From positions 26,232 to 90,231 of IMG/VR virus record IMGVR_UViG_3300030390_001550: 64,000 nucleotides of DNA, one strand, 5' to 3'. Position numbers and translations under genes: made by a program. Source of the stretch: a virus. Shown piece by piece: positions 45,010-55,900 of this stretch. The notes under the pieces are model-generated. The model was not told where the DNA came from, did not search any database, and was given only the letters and a program-made list of their open reading frames with translations. The stretch's first letter is position 1. Each line of letters opens with the position of its first letter.

Positions 45010-47127
45010 ATGACAACAGAAATAGACGATATTATAACCAGAGAAAAGAATTTTCCATTTGCCAATGAAAACCAAGGCATTGGGAAAGGTTTTTCTGATC
45101 CCTCAAATCAGTTTCCCAAAGCAGAATATACTGGAAAAAGTTCTATAAACGAATCTGCTAGAGGTGAGAATACAAATAATTTAAATATTAAAAATGGTAT
45201 TCCTGGAAAAGGTATGGGTTACCAACCAGTTCACGATTATGATTACTCCAAAGTTCAAGTTGATGAGTCTCTATGCGGTCACGTAATTGAAGTAAACGAC
45301 ACTCCGGGTGGAGAGAGAATACTTTTGAAACATGCTTGCGGTGCTGGAGTTGACATACAACCAGATGGTACTATAATTATTAATAGTACTGGCAATAGAG
45401 TTGATATTTGTAATGGCGAACATACAATGACGATTGAGGGTGATGGTACAGTTTTATACACTGGAAATTTGAATATGACAGTTACTGGTGATTACAATTT
45501 AAATGTAAAAGGTGACTACAATATCAATGTTGGTGGCAGAAAAGTTTTAGATATAGTTGGCTCTTTCACCAAAACTGTTGGTGGAGTAATGAGAGAATAT
45601 ATTAAAAAATCTAAATCAGTGACAGTTCTTAAACAATCCACTAATACTTTGCTAGGTAATGTTACAAATGCAATTAAAGGTAGTTTAACAAATATTATAG
45701 ACGGTTCTAGTGATTATTCACATAAAGGTTCTTTGACGTTTACCTCAGAAACAGATTTAGCGATAAGTTCTCCAAATATTAATATGGTTGCCGAAAATAT
45801 GACTTGTATTGGTACTGCTGGAACTATTGGCGGTAAAGATATGATAACTTACTCTAAAAATATTTTTGTTAATGAGACCGTTCAAACTAAAAATTTATAT
45901 ATAACCAATAACGCCAAAGCAGACGGAAAATTTGTAGGTTATTTGGCTGGGAATGCTTCTGGTGCAGAATTTGCAAATAAGGCAGGAGTTGCAAAATCTG
46001 GTGTAGGTAAGATACCATCTGATCAAAAATTTGAAACGCAAACAAATTTTGAAGCGAATTTAGACGAAACTGCACAGCCAGTAGACTCTGAAATAAAAAG
46101 AATATTATCAGAAACTCGCTTTGGAATTAGACAATGTAGCGTTGATGGTGATGGTGGTATTACTAATTCAATAGATTTATCTGTTCCAACTGGTGGGATT
46201 ACTGAGAAAGACCTAACAACAAGAGGCGTAAGGTCAAAACTTAAAAACTCTAATAACTTACAAAACAATAAGTTTGTTTTAAGGCAAGTGAGTAAAGGAG
46301 TCCTATCTCCCACATATAGTGATCCAGCACCAACTGAATTGGGGAGAATGGTTAATAAAAAAGAAAATACGGTGGCAGGTTCTAAAGATATTGGGCCGCA
46401 TGGAAGAGAGTCTAGAATTACTAGAACATTACATTCAGAGGCCGCAGAAACAGATAAGCATCATCAGTTGATACCAAATCCACTATTCAATCCATCAACA
46501 TTAACTGTAATTAACTCAAACACAAAATTATCAAATAATACCTCAATATCAAAATTTTCTGCATCTGAAGGTGATTCAACGACTATTTCACATATAGTTG
46601 CTTTAGAGGATAGGAGAGCAATCGCAAGGAATCTTATTCCTCACGCCAGAATTATTGATCTATACCAAACTCTTGATCAGTTTGATGGATATTCTTTAAA
46701 TGTCGCAGAAGGTATTTACAAACTAGGCCCAGAAGAAGTTGTAGAAAGTGAAAGTATTAATGAATTAAAGCAAACTGGTAGAGCAATAGTTTATGAATTA
46801 ATTTCTGTTACAACTGGAAAAGTAGCATTAAGTAAAACCTATGATTTGGCTGTATATCTTAAAGATAATATTCAGTACGATAAAATGTCATTATACTATG
46901 ATATATTAGACCCGAATGATACATCACACCATGCTCAGATTGCAATAAGTACTCCAAAAATACCATCTAACTATAAATCATTTTTTAAAATGGATTTGGA
47001 GACACTATGGAATAATAATATTTTAAGTTCAACAGATTTGGTAGAAATTCCAGAACAAAATGTTGGTAAAATATCAGATTCAATGAATATTGTTGACGCA
47101 TATGGTGAGGATTATAGTTCAAGTTAG
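45010..47127 (+). CDS. gp5 C-terminal beta-helix spike-like protein with extension
   Basis: DP...FP, GHVIEVNDTPGGERI...H..G, V.GDYNLNV.G repeats. Confidence 0.8.
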   Translation: MTTEIDDIITREKNFPFANENQGIGKGFSDPSNQFPKAEYTGKSSINESARGENTNNLNIKNGIPGKGMGYQPVHDYDYSKVQVDESLCGHVIEVNDTPGGERILLKHACGAGVDIQPDGTIIINSTGNRVDICNGEHTMTIEGDGTVLYTGNLNMTVTGDYNLNVKGDYNINVGGRKVLDIVGSFTKTVGGVMREYIKKSKSVTVLKQSTNTLLGNVTNAIKGSLTNIIDGSSDYSHKGSLTFTSETDLAISSPNINMVAENMTCIGTAGTIGGKDMITYSKNIFVNETVQTKNLYITNNAKADGKFVGYLAGNASGAEFANKAGVAKSGVGKIPSDQKFETQTNFEANLDETAQPVDSEIKRILSETRFGIRQCSVDGDGGITNSIDLSVPTGGITEKDLTTRGVRSKLKNSNNLQNNKFVLRQVSKGVLSPTYSDPAPTELGRMVNKKENTVAGSKDIGPHGRESRITRTLHSEAAETDKHHQLIPNPLFNPSTLTVINSNTKLSNNTSISKFSASEGDSTTISHIVALEDRRAIARNLIPHARIIDLYQTLDQFDGYSLNVAEGIYKLGPEEVVESESINELKQTGRAIVYELISVTTGKVALSKTYDLAVYLKDNIQYDKMSLYYDILDPNDTSHHAQIAISTPKIPSNYKSFFKMDLETLWNNNILSSTDLVEIPEQNVGKISDSMNIVDAYGEDYSSS

Positions 47128-47137
47128 ATTAAAACTT

Positions 47138-47145
47138 TATAAATA
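47138..47145 (+). promoter_or_regulatory. T4-type late promoter TATAAATA
   Basis: Exact motif, intergenic before gp25. Confidence 0.75.
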
Positions 47146-47172
47146 CTATAAACGAAAGTAAAGAGAAATTAA

Positions 47173-47613
47173 ATGGCAAGAAATTTATCACTTGAAGATA
47201 AAAATTTAGGAGTACTATCTCAAATAACTTTGAGAACTTCTTCCTATAGTGATATTGATTTATCCTTTACTAAAAGAAAAAACGGTGATATTTTCAAAAA
47301 AAATGATGCGGCGGCTGTAAAACAAGCAGTAAAAAACTTGATTTTGACCAATCATTATGAGAAGCCATTTAATATGTTTTACGGTGGTAATATTGTAAGG
47401 CTGCTGTTTGATTTAGCGGATGACGTTAATTCAAATGAGATTGAAAATCAAATAAGAGATGTGATTGAAAATTATGAACCAAGAGTAAGGGTGTTAGATA
47501 TATCTGCTAATATAAAAGGTCAGTATAATTCTTGTTCAGTAATTATTACATTTCAAGTTATCAATAGTAATGAAATATTAACATTAGAAACAGATATTGC
47601 AAGGTTAAGATAA
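47173..47613 (+). CDS. gp25: baseplate wedge subunit gp25
   Basis: YSDIDLSF, AVKQAVKNLILT..YEKPF, IENYEPRV. Confidence 0.9.
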   Translation: MARNLSLEDKNLGVLSQITLRTSSYSDIDLSFTKRKNGDIFKKNDAAAVKQAVKNLILTNHYEKPFNMFYGGNIVRLLFDLADDVNSNEIENQIRDVIENYEPRVRVLDISANIKGQYNSCSVIITFQVINSNEILTLETDIARLR

Positions 47614-49431
47614 ATGACAACAAATATTACATCAACTCAATTAGATTTTGATCAAATAAAATCATCCTTAAAAACTTATCTTGCGAATAGTACTGAGTTT
47701 AGCGACTTTGATTTTGAAACATCAGGCTTATCAAATATTTTAGACGTTTTGGCATATAATACACATTTTAATGGATTGATAGCAAACTTTGCTACTAATG
47801 AGTCTTTTCTAAATACTGCACAATTAAGATCATCTGTAGTATCTCATGCTGAAGGGCTTGGTTATAGACCAAAATCAAGAAATGCGTCAAAATCAACAAT
47901 AACAGCATCTGTTGATTTATCTGGAGTTGGGGGTAGGCCATCTTCAATAACTTTACCTATAGGAACAACATTCACGGCCTCAAATGACTCAGCATCATAT
48001 CAATTTTCTAGTCGGGCGGCTGTGACCGCAAATGATGTAAGTGGACTTTATACATTTGAAGATGTATTAGTTTACGAAGGTACAATAAAAACAAAAACTT
48101 TTTTGGTTGATTCTTTATCAACAAATCAAACATATGTTATTCCAGATGAAAATATAGATACAAGTACTCTTGACGTTAGGGTATATAATACTCCAACAAC
48201 AAGCACTTATAGCACATATACTTTTTTAGAGGATGCTATTGAAGTATCTGCGACAACTGAGTATTATGACATAAAAGAATCCCCTAATGGATACTATGAG
48301 ATTAATTTCGGTGATGGTGTGTCTTTTGGAAAGGCACCGCCTGTAGGTGGAAAAATATTAGTGACATATAATGTAGTTTCTGGACCAGATGCAAATGGTT
48401 CTTCTACGTTTTCTGCGGTTAACTCTTTACAGGTAAATAGTGTTAATTATAACATTAGTGTTGGAACTCAAATCGCATCACATTCTGGAACAACCAAAGA
48501 ATCTATTGATGCAATTAAAAAACTTGCACCTATACAATTTTCTTCGCAGCAAAGATTGGTTACACCTTTAGATTATAAAGGTATGATATTATCTAAGTTT
48601 CCTACCGTTGTAGATGCAGCGGTTTGGGGTGGAGAACAGAATGTTCCAAAAGATCATGGAAAGGTTTATATGTCATTGAAGTTCCCAGATGGAACAAGCG
48701 ATGCTATAAAAACATCTACACAAAATCAAATAAAAACATCGTTTACTGATAATTTATCTATTATGTCTATAGACAATGTATTCGTAGAGCCACAAATCAC
48801 ATATGTTGAAACAACTACAGAATTTTATTATAATAATGGTTTAACATCGTCAACATTATCAACACTAGAGACTTTAGTTAATAGTTATATTTCAACATAT
48901 TTTGTAAACAATTTAGGTAAATTTGAAAATAAATTTAGAAGGTCGCCATTGCTAACAGGCATTGATAGTGTTGATCGTTCTATATTATCTTCTAAAATGG
49001 ACATAAAAGTTCAACAGAGATTTTCACCAATTTTAGGAAGTAGCAATTCATATTCTTTGAATTTTCCAATTCCATTAGCATCATTTAACGATACTACACA
49101 TACTATACAATCTTCACAATTTGTTTATAGAGACAGTGTTTGCATTTTTAGAAATAAGTTATCTTCAAATAAAATAGAAATTTTTGTTCCCGCTACTGGA
49201 ACTATTCTTGAAACTGGCATAGGTTCATATAATAATATGAATGGTACGCTAACAATTAACACTTTCGCACCAACTTCTATTGTTGGTGGGCTATCAGAAA
49301 TAAAAGTATCGGCAGTTCCGCAAGATCAAGCAGTCATCTCTCCTTTAAGAAATTACATACTTACGTTGGATATCGGTGCTTCGCGATCTTATGGAAATGT
49401 AGAAAATACAGATCAAAAGATAGTATTATAA
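47614..49431 (+). CDS. gp6: baseplate wedge subunit gp6
   Basis: LDFDQIKSSLKTYL, DFDFE.SGLS.ILDVLAYNTH, NESFLNTAQLRSSVVS.A, FGDG, Q.RLVT..DY, WGGE. Confidence 0.93.
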   Translation: MTTNITSTQLDFDQIKSSLKTYLANSTEFSDFDFETSGLSNILDVLAYNTHFNGLIANFATNESFLNTAQLRSSVVSHAEGLGYRPKSRNASKSTITASVDLSGVGGRPSSITLPIGTTFTASNDSASYQFSSRAAVTANDVSGLYTFEDVLVYEGTIKTKTFLVDSLSTNQTYVIPDENIDTSTLDVRVYNTPTTSTYSTYTFLEDAIEVSATTEYYDIKESPNGYYEINFGDGVSFGKAPPVGGKILVTYNVVSGPDANGSSTFSAVNSLQVNSVNYNISVGTQIASHSGTTKESIDAIKKLAPIQFSSQQRLVTPLDYKGMILSKFPTVVDAAVWGGEQNVPKDHGKVYMSLKFPDGTSDAIKTSTQNQIKTSFTDNLSIMSIDNVFVEPQITYVETTTEFYYNNGLTSSTLSTLETLVNSYISTYFVNNLGKFENKFRRSPLLTGIDSVDRSILSSKMDIKVQQRFSPILGSSNSYSLNFPIPLASFNDTTHTIQSSQFVYRDSVCIFRNKLSSNKIEIFVPATGTILETGIGSYNNMNGTLTINTFAPTSIVGGLSEIKVSAVPQDQAVISPLRNYILTLDIGASRSYGNVENTDQKIVL

Positions 49432-49432
49432 A

Positions 49433-50638
49433 ATGAAAGAAAATAGAATTGATCATATTATAAAATCTAGTTTGGTAAAAGAAGTTTTACCAGAATATTT
49501 TGCCAGTTCTTACCCAAATCTTATAGCATTTATAGAGACCTATTACGATTATATGGATTCTGATGGTCAATTTAATGATGTTATTAAAGACTTATATGAT
49601 ATCAGAGATATAGGAACTACTAAACTTTCATATATTGATAATATGTTTGAAGAATTTGCTTTAGGTATGGGTCAAGAATTTTTTAATGAGCCAAGAGAAG
49701 TTCTAAGAAACTTTGCGAAATTTTTTAGAGTTAAAGGTTCGCTATACTCAGCGAAAGGCTTTTTCAGATCATTTTATAACGATACTACTAGTGAGATCAT
49801 ATACCCCAAAAAAGACTTATTCATGGTTGGGGATAGTGCTTCTGAAATTGGCGCACATTCCACAAAAGTAATTCAAGATGGTGGGGTTTATCAAGTTCTT
49901 TCGGTACTCATCAGATCAAAAACATCACTTGGAGAATATGAAGATTTTTACAGAAAATTCGTACATCCAGCAGGATTTCATCTTGCAGCAGAAATGGAGA
50001 TTAATACTGATACTTCAGTAACTATAAAGTCAGAAACTCCAACACCCACAGTTGATCCTGATCTAGCAATAGAGGATTCAAGTCATAAATTTTCTATGGA
50101 ACATATTGCTTTAGGTTGCACCGCGATTGTGCCTTCTGGAAACTGTGTTATAATAGAGGCAAATAGTGGTTCATATGATCAAGATAAAATTCTTTACATA
50201 GATGACTCGTCTGGAATGCTGGAGTGGGGATTATCATATGATGCTTCTATTGGTAATATGTATGGCCCAACTGGATTTAGTCCAAGTCTTATTACTCATG
50301 AAAGAGTGAATAGTAAACCTTTAACACAAATACAATCTTCTATAGATTCTAATTACTATGCGTCTGGTAATCATTTTAGAGATCATAGTTTGGATAGTAT
50401 TGATATTGGCGCACTTACCGTTCAAAACTTTTGTTTTCAATCGGCGGCGGCTAATGCGCCTTATGACAGTGTAGGAAATTCCCTTAATTTTCCAGCACCA
50501 AGATATAGAACAATTAAAGAGTTTTGTGACTGTAAAGGTGATTCTAACTATATAAATACAAAGTATAGCATAGGTTCAACTCTTATAAGTGATATTAAGG
50601 GAAAAACAATACAAGAAACTAAGGACGCTTTAATCTAA
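49433..50638 (+). CDS. gp7: baseplate wedge subunit gp7-like
   Basis: LPEYF...YP..IAFIETYY, KGS..S...FFR..Y, FVHPAGF. Confidence 0.75.
   Translation: MKENRIDHIIKSSLVKEVLPEYFASSYPNLIAFIETYYDYMDSDGQFNDVIKDLYDIRDIGTTKLSYIDNMFEEFALGMGQEFFNEPREVLRNFAKFFRVKGSLYSAKGFFRSFYNDTTSEIIYPKKDLFMVGDSASEIGAHSTKVIQDGGVYQVLSVLIRSKTSLGEYEDFYRKFVHPAGFHLAAEMEINTDTSVTIKSETPTPTVDPDLAIEDSSHKFSMEHIALGCTAIVPSGNCVIIEANSGSYDQDKILYIDDSSGMLEWGLSYDASIGNMYGPTGFSPSLITHERVNSKPLTQIQSSIDSNYYASGNHFRDHSLDSIDIGALTVQNFCFQSAAANAPYDSVGNSLNFPAPRYRTIKEFCDCKGDSNYINTKYSIGSTLISDIKGKTIQETKDALI
50551..50558 (+). promoter_or_regulatory. T4-type late promoter TATAAATA
   Basis: Exact motif ~95 nt upstream of gp8. Confidence 0.5.
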
Positions 50639-50651
50639 AGTAGGAAATAAT

Positions 50652-52028
50652 ATGGCATCAATTGTAACGGAAACACTCAAGCAAGAACTAATTCAACCAG
50701 TGTTGAAAAATATTACTACTGGTGTTAGTCCATCTTTTTATCTAGGATTATCAAAATCTCAATCTTGGGGAAATGGTTCTGATGCAGCACCAACACCAAG
50801 AAATGATGTTGATGAGGAAAATGATTTCAGAAAAGGATTACAGAGTATAATAAAGATTAATTCTGCATCACTTGTTGTTAAAAGACAAAATTGGACAACT
50901 GGTGTGACTTATGCTCAATACGATGATGAGAGAACTATGAGCCAATATGATTCTGATGGTATACCATATTATATTATGACTGACGCTCAAGATGTTTATA
51001 TTTGTTTTGTAACTGGTAGAGATGCGAATGGTGCAACCGTTCCATCAACTGTAAAACCAACTGGACAAAATAATCATGTATTTGGAACTACTGATGGTTA
51101 TAGATGGAAATTTGTATATAGCGTTTCTCCTTTAGAAGCAAACTATTATATGACGCAAGATTGGATGCCTGTTAGACACATAGAGAGTGTGGATTCAAAC
51201 TCAACTGGCGCAGAAAACAAACAATATGCAGTTCAACAAACTTCTAGACGTAGTGAAATCACTTCATTTATTGTAGATAGTGGCGGGTTAAATTACACAG
51301 ATTCTTGTAGAATACAAGTTAATGGTGTGATTGATGCTAATATATTAGTGAAAACTAGTGGAGGTGTAATAAAAAATATTCTGTTCGCCGCAGATTCTAG
51401 TACTTTTCACACTAAAGAAGATTTAGATGGTGCGATATTAACAACTGTGCATGGTACTGGTACAACAGCATCAATCAGACCAGTATTTTCAAATGCAAAC
51501 GGTATAGGTGCTAATGCTTCTGTTGATTTACGTGCTAAATCTATGATGGTAAATTCAAAAATTACTGGAAACCAAACAGACTTCATAAATGGGCAAGATT
51601 TTAGACAAATTGGAATCATGAAAAATGTAAAAGACTCTCATGGATCAACTGGTAAATTTTTTGCTGATAATTCTGGAAATGCTCTATATCAAATGAAGGT
51701 AACACCAAGCGTAGGATTTACAAAAGATAGATATGTTGTAGGTGCCACAAGTGGCGCGAGAGCATTTCTTGACAATGTAGTTGATAGCAATCTATTTTAT
51801 CATCAATTTGACTCAACAGGTTATATTTCGTTTGTTGACGGTGAAACTGTTAATGAGGATGGTGGGTCTGGAAGCGGTGTCATATCTTCTAACTCTTCCA
51901 AAATTAAACCAGAGGTACACCCAAGGTCTGGTGATGTTTTATACATAGATAATAGAGCAGCAGTACAAAGAGTTGCAAACCAAACTGAAGATATTAAAAT
52001 AGTTATTAAACTAGACAAATGTACTTGA
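50652..52028 (+). CDS. gp8: baseplate wedge subunit gp8
   Basis: R.NW..G..Y..YDD, VYIC, STVKPT, DGYRWKFVY, DFRQIGI, SGDVLYIDNR..V.R...QTEDIKIVI. Confidence 0.9.
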   Translation: MASIVTETLKQELIQPVLKNITTGVSPSFYLGLSKSQSWGNGSDAAPTPRNDVDEENDFRKGLQSIIKINSASLVVKRQNWTTGVTYAQYDDERTMSQYDSDGIPYYIMTDAQDVYICFVTGRDANGATVPSTVKPTGQNNHVFGTTDGYRWKFVYSVSPLEANYYMTQDWMPVRHIESVDSNSTGAENKQYAVQQTSRRSEITSFIVDSGGLNYTDSCRIQVNGVIDANILVKTSGGVIKNILFAADSSTFHTKEDLDGAILTTVHGTGTTASIRPVFSNANGIGANASVDLRAKSMMVNSKITGNQTDFINGQDFRQIGIMKNVKDSHGSTGKFFADNSGNALYQMKVTPSVGFTKDRYVVGATSGARAFLDNVVDSNLFYHQFDSTGYISFVDGETVNEDGGSGSGVISSNSSKIKPEVHPRSGDVLYIDNRAAVQRVANQTEDIKIVIKLDKCT

Positions 52029-52043
52029 TAGAAAGAAACTATA

Positions 52044-52997
52044 ATGGTTAAGACATTCACCACAAATACTTTTGCAAATGTTTATAGTGATGACTACGAT
52101 GAAGATAAAAGTTTTCAACGTATCCTCTTTAACAATAAAAAAGCATTACAAGCAAGAGAACTTACTCAACTTCAAACTATTATTCAAGAGGGTATAAACC
52201 GCTTCGGAAAAAATATATTTAAAGAAGGTGCGGCGGTTTCTGCTGGTGGTGTTGCAATTAATAATAGATATAGATTTATTAAATTGGATACATCTATAAA
52301 TGCACTACCAGCCAACCCAAGTTCTTTAGTTGGTAAATCTTTTGTTGGGCAAACTTCTGGAGTGACTGTAAAAATATTAGAAGTTGTGTTAGCAGCATCC
52401 CCAGACCCTGCGACAATATATGTTCAATACACAAATACTCTTAGTGGGGCATCTTCAACTGAAACGATTAACGTCACACCATCAGAAGAATTAGTTGAAA
52501 ATAATGGATCAACTCGTTTTATAGTTCAAACAACTAATACGACAGTTAATCCAGCATTTGGTTTTGGAACTAGATTTTCAAGTGCAAGTCAAGACTTTTT
52601 TACACAAGGTTTTTTTGTTCATGCCTCTCAGCAAGAAATAATAATTTCAAAATATACCAATGATATCTCAAAGGTGGTTGGTTTTAGAGTAGAGCAAGAT
52701 ATTGTCACAGTAGATGACGATGTTACTTTATACGATAATCAAGGTAGTGTTCCAAACCAAACCGCACCTGGCGCAGATAGATTTAGAATTAAATTAGTAC
52801 TTACGACTCAAGACCTTATAACATCAGGACAAACATTCGTGTATATCGCCAATGTTGTAAATTCAAAAATAACAGAAAGAGTTACTGGATTAAATCAATA
52901 TAATTTGATTAACGATTTAATGGCAGTTAGAACAAATGATGAGTCTGGAGATTACACAGTTACACCGTTTTTCATAAGATTCGAGGATAGCGCATAA
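52044..52997 (+). CDS. VrlC/DUF4815-like virion protein, N-terminal part
   Basis: Y.DDYD..K.F.RILF....LQARELTQLQTI.Q, FKEG, APGADRF.I.L, RT.DESGDY.V.PF. Confidence 0.8.
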   Translation: MVKTFTTNTFANVYSDDYDEDKSFQRILFNNKKALQARELTQLQTIIQEGINRFGKNIFKEGAAVSAGGVAINNRYRFIKLDTSINALPANPSSLVGKSFVGQTSGVTVKILEVVLAASPDPATIYVQYTNTLSGASSTETINVTPSEELVENNGSTRFIVQTTNTTVNPAFGFGTRFSSASQDFFTQGFFVHASQQEIIISKYTNDISKVVGFRVEQDIVTVDDDVTLYDNQGSVPNQTAPGADRFRIKLVLTTQDLITSGQTFVYIANVVNSKITERVTGLNQYNLINDLMAVRTNDESGDYTVTPFFIRFEDSA

Positions 52998-55900
52998 TGG
53001 CGAAGATTAAACTAAGGGTTTCTCCCGGTAAAGCATATGTTAATGGTTACAAAATACAGAAAAATATTCCTACATTTTTATCTGTAAGTAAAGCAACTGC
53101 AACCGAAACTATTATAAATGATAGTGTTGGTGCAGCATACGGACATTATGTTATTATTTCGGTTTCTGGTCTAAAAGGTATTCCAAATATATCGGAACTT
53201 GGTGTTGTTCACGTTAAGGATAGTGTTGATTGGGGTGGTAATACTGTTGGTAGTTGTAGAGTTAGAGCAATTGAAAAATATGATGAAATAGTAGATTCTT
53301 CTGGTGTAGCGGTGGTCGCATATAAACTTTATATCTTTGATCTCCAAATGAACTCTACAAAATTCTTTTCTACTGATGCAAAGAGTGTTGGTTTAACCAC
53401 TAGTGATTATGCTAACATATATCAAGAAAACTCTAGGTCTATTATTCATGGCACAAACAATAAAGGACTTCTTTTCTCAACATCAAATATCAGAGCAAAA
53501 GCGGTAACAAATCTATCAATTTATCAACAGAAGAAATTTGCGGCAACTCTCTCAGCAGGTTCTACAACATTAACTTTCACTTGTGCATCTGGTGAAGTCT
53601 TTTCTGATATATCCGATTGGATTGTATCAAATGGTTCTGGTACTATTCAATCGCACAGCGTGACTAGTGGAAGCCTTAACTCTTCATCAGCAACTATTAA
53701 TAGTTTAGTCGCTACAGATACGAGTATAGATGAAACATTCACGATTATTGCTTATGTGTATAAAGCATCTGCCACTCTCGCATCAAAAACAAAACAAACT
53801 GGAACAAGAAATTATACGGTTGCTTGGACTGCTGGTGCTACTAATGTCTCAGTGGATTTAAATGAAGTTGATATTATATCTGTTCCAGAAATTAGATATG
53901 GTGATGAAACTGGCGATATTATTACTGATAAATTTATATTGGATAATGGGCAGAGGGATGCCTTTTATGAAACTGGAAAATTAAGATTAAAAAATGGTCA
54001 CTCTTTAGATAACACTACCATTTGGGTTTCATTTACATATTTTGAACATGGTCAAGGAGATTACTTTGCACCTAATTCCTATGTTGGTGCTGGGTTTACT
54101 TATGATAATATTCAAACATATACTATGGAAAATGGCTCAGAAGTTGATTTAAAAGACGTTATTGATATGAGACCATCCAAAGGCCAAAGTGGTAATAATT
54201 TCACTCATTCATCTGCAAGAGTTCCAGCAATTCCGAAACCAACATCTCTTATGACAGGAGATATTGAGTATTATTTGCCAAGATATGATAAATTAATAGT
54301 TCAACAATCTGGAGAATTTAAGTATATTGAAGGAACACCATCGTTTAGTCCAAAATTTCCAGATGTTCCATCAAACTCTATGGAAATTTATCGTGTGAGG
54401 GTCAATCCATTTACATTGAATAGTAAAGATTTAACTTTCAGCATGATTGAAAATAAACGATATACTATGCGTGATATTGGTAAAATTGATAAGAGAGTGG
54501 ATGACTTAGAAGAACAAGTAACACTTTCTTTGCTTGAAGTTGATACTAAAAACATTCAAGTGTTGGATGAAAATGGAAATCCTAGAACCAAAACTGGTTT
54601 CGTTGCGGATAATTTTTCTGATCAAAGTCATATAGATGTAAAAAATCAAGAATATAAAGGGTCAATTGATCCCCAAGAACAATTCGCAAGACCAAAATTT
54701 AGCGCAAATAATATTGGCTTAGTTTATGATGATGCGCTTTCTACTAGAACTACTATAGTTGGTGATAATATTTATTTAGATTACACACATGCTGATTATT
54801 TAGAACAGAGTTTGGCATCTGGAACTGAAAATGTTAATCCATTTATGGTTATAGGATTTAGAGGGCATGTTAAAATGTCTCCATCTAGTGATGATTGGAA
54901 AGAGGTTGAATATCTCGCTGATAATATGATTGATGGTGGTACAAGACTTAATACTGATGCAGCAGTTCTTTGGAATGAATGGGAATGGAACTGGGGCGGT
55001 TCTGATTTAAATGGCCTTGATGTTGGTTCGGAAACAACTCAAACAGGTGTCACAGGTGAGCAAGCATTTACTGATGTAAGTCAATTTACTACTCGCAGTG
55101 GAGCATTTGGTACAAGTCGTAGACATTGGAGAAGAACTACTACAGGAGTTGAAAGAACAAACACTACAGTTGTAAATAGAATTATCGGAAGCAGTACTGT
55201 TAATGAAGTTGTTGGTGATAGACTCGTTCAATGGGCATTTATTCCATTCATGCGTTCTAAAATGATTTTCTTTAGGGCGGCTGGGCTTCAACCAAATACC
55301 GAAATGTTTGCATTTTTTGATCAGATTTCTGTTGCTGATTGGGTTAAACAAGAATCATTTAACGCATATAATTCTCATAAACAAACTGAATATGGTAACA
55401 GTCAAGTAAACGCAACATCTCATCCTAGTGGTTCATCTAAATTATATAGTGATGGTAATGGTCAAGTTGAAGGATCATTTTTTATCCCAAGCACAGATGC
55501 TATTAGATTTAAAACTGGTAGTATAGAATTTAAACTAACTGATATAACAAGTGTAGATGATAGTAAAGCAATAACTACTGCCTCTGGAATCTTTATTTCT
55601 ACAGGAGTATTAGATACTAGACAAGAGGATGTTGAATCAACTAGAGTATTAGAAGTTGTCGGAACAACTACTGAAAGGGTTGATAGAGAAGTCACTGGAT
55701 CAAATACCGTAAGAATTGATCCTCTTGCACAATCATTTACAGTTAATGAAGAAACTGGAGTATTCATTACTAAAGCCACATTGTATTTTAAACAAAAAAG
55801 TTCCAATATGCCTGTTTGGATTCAAATGAGGCCAATGGTAAACGGTTTTCCATCTTCTGATGTAATTCTTCCTGGTTCTCAAAAACTACTAACATCTTCT

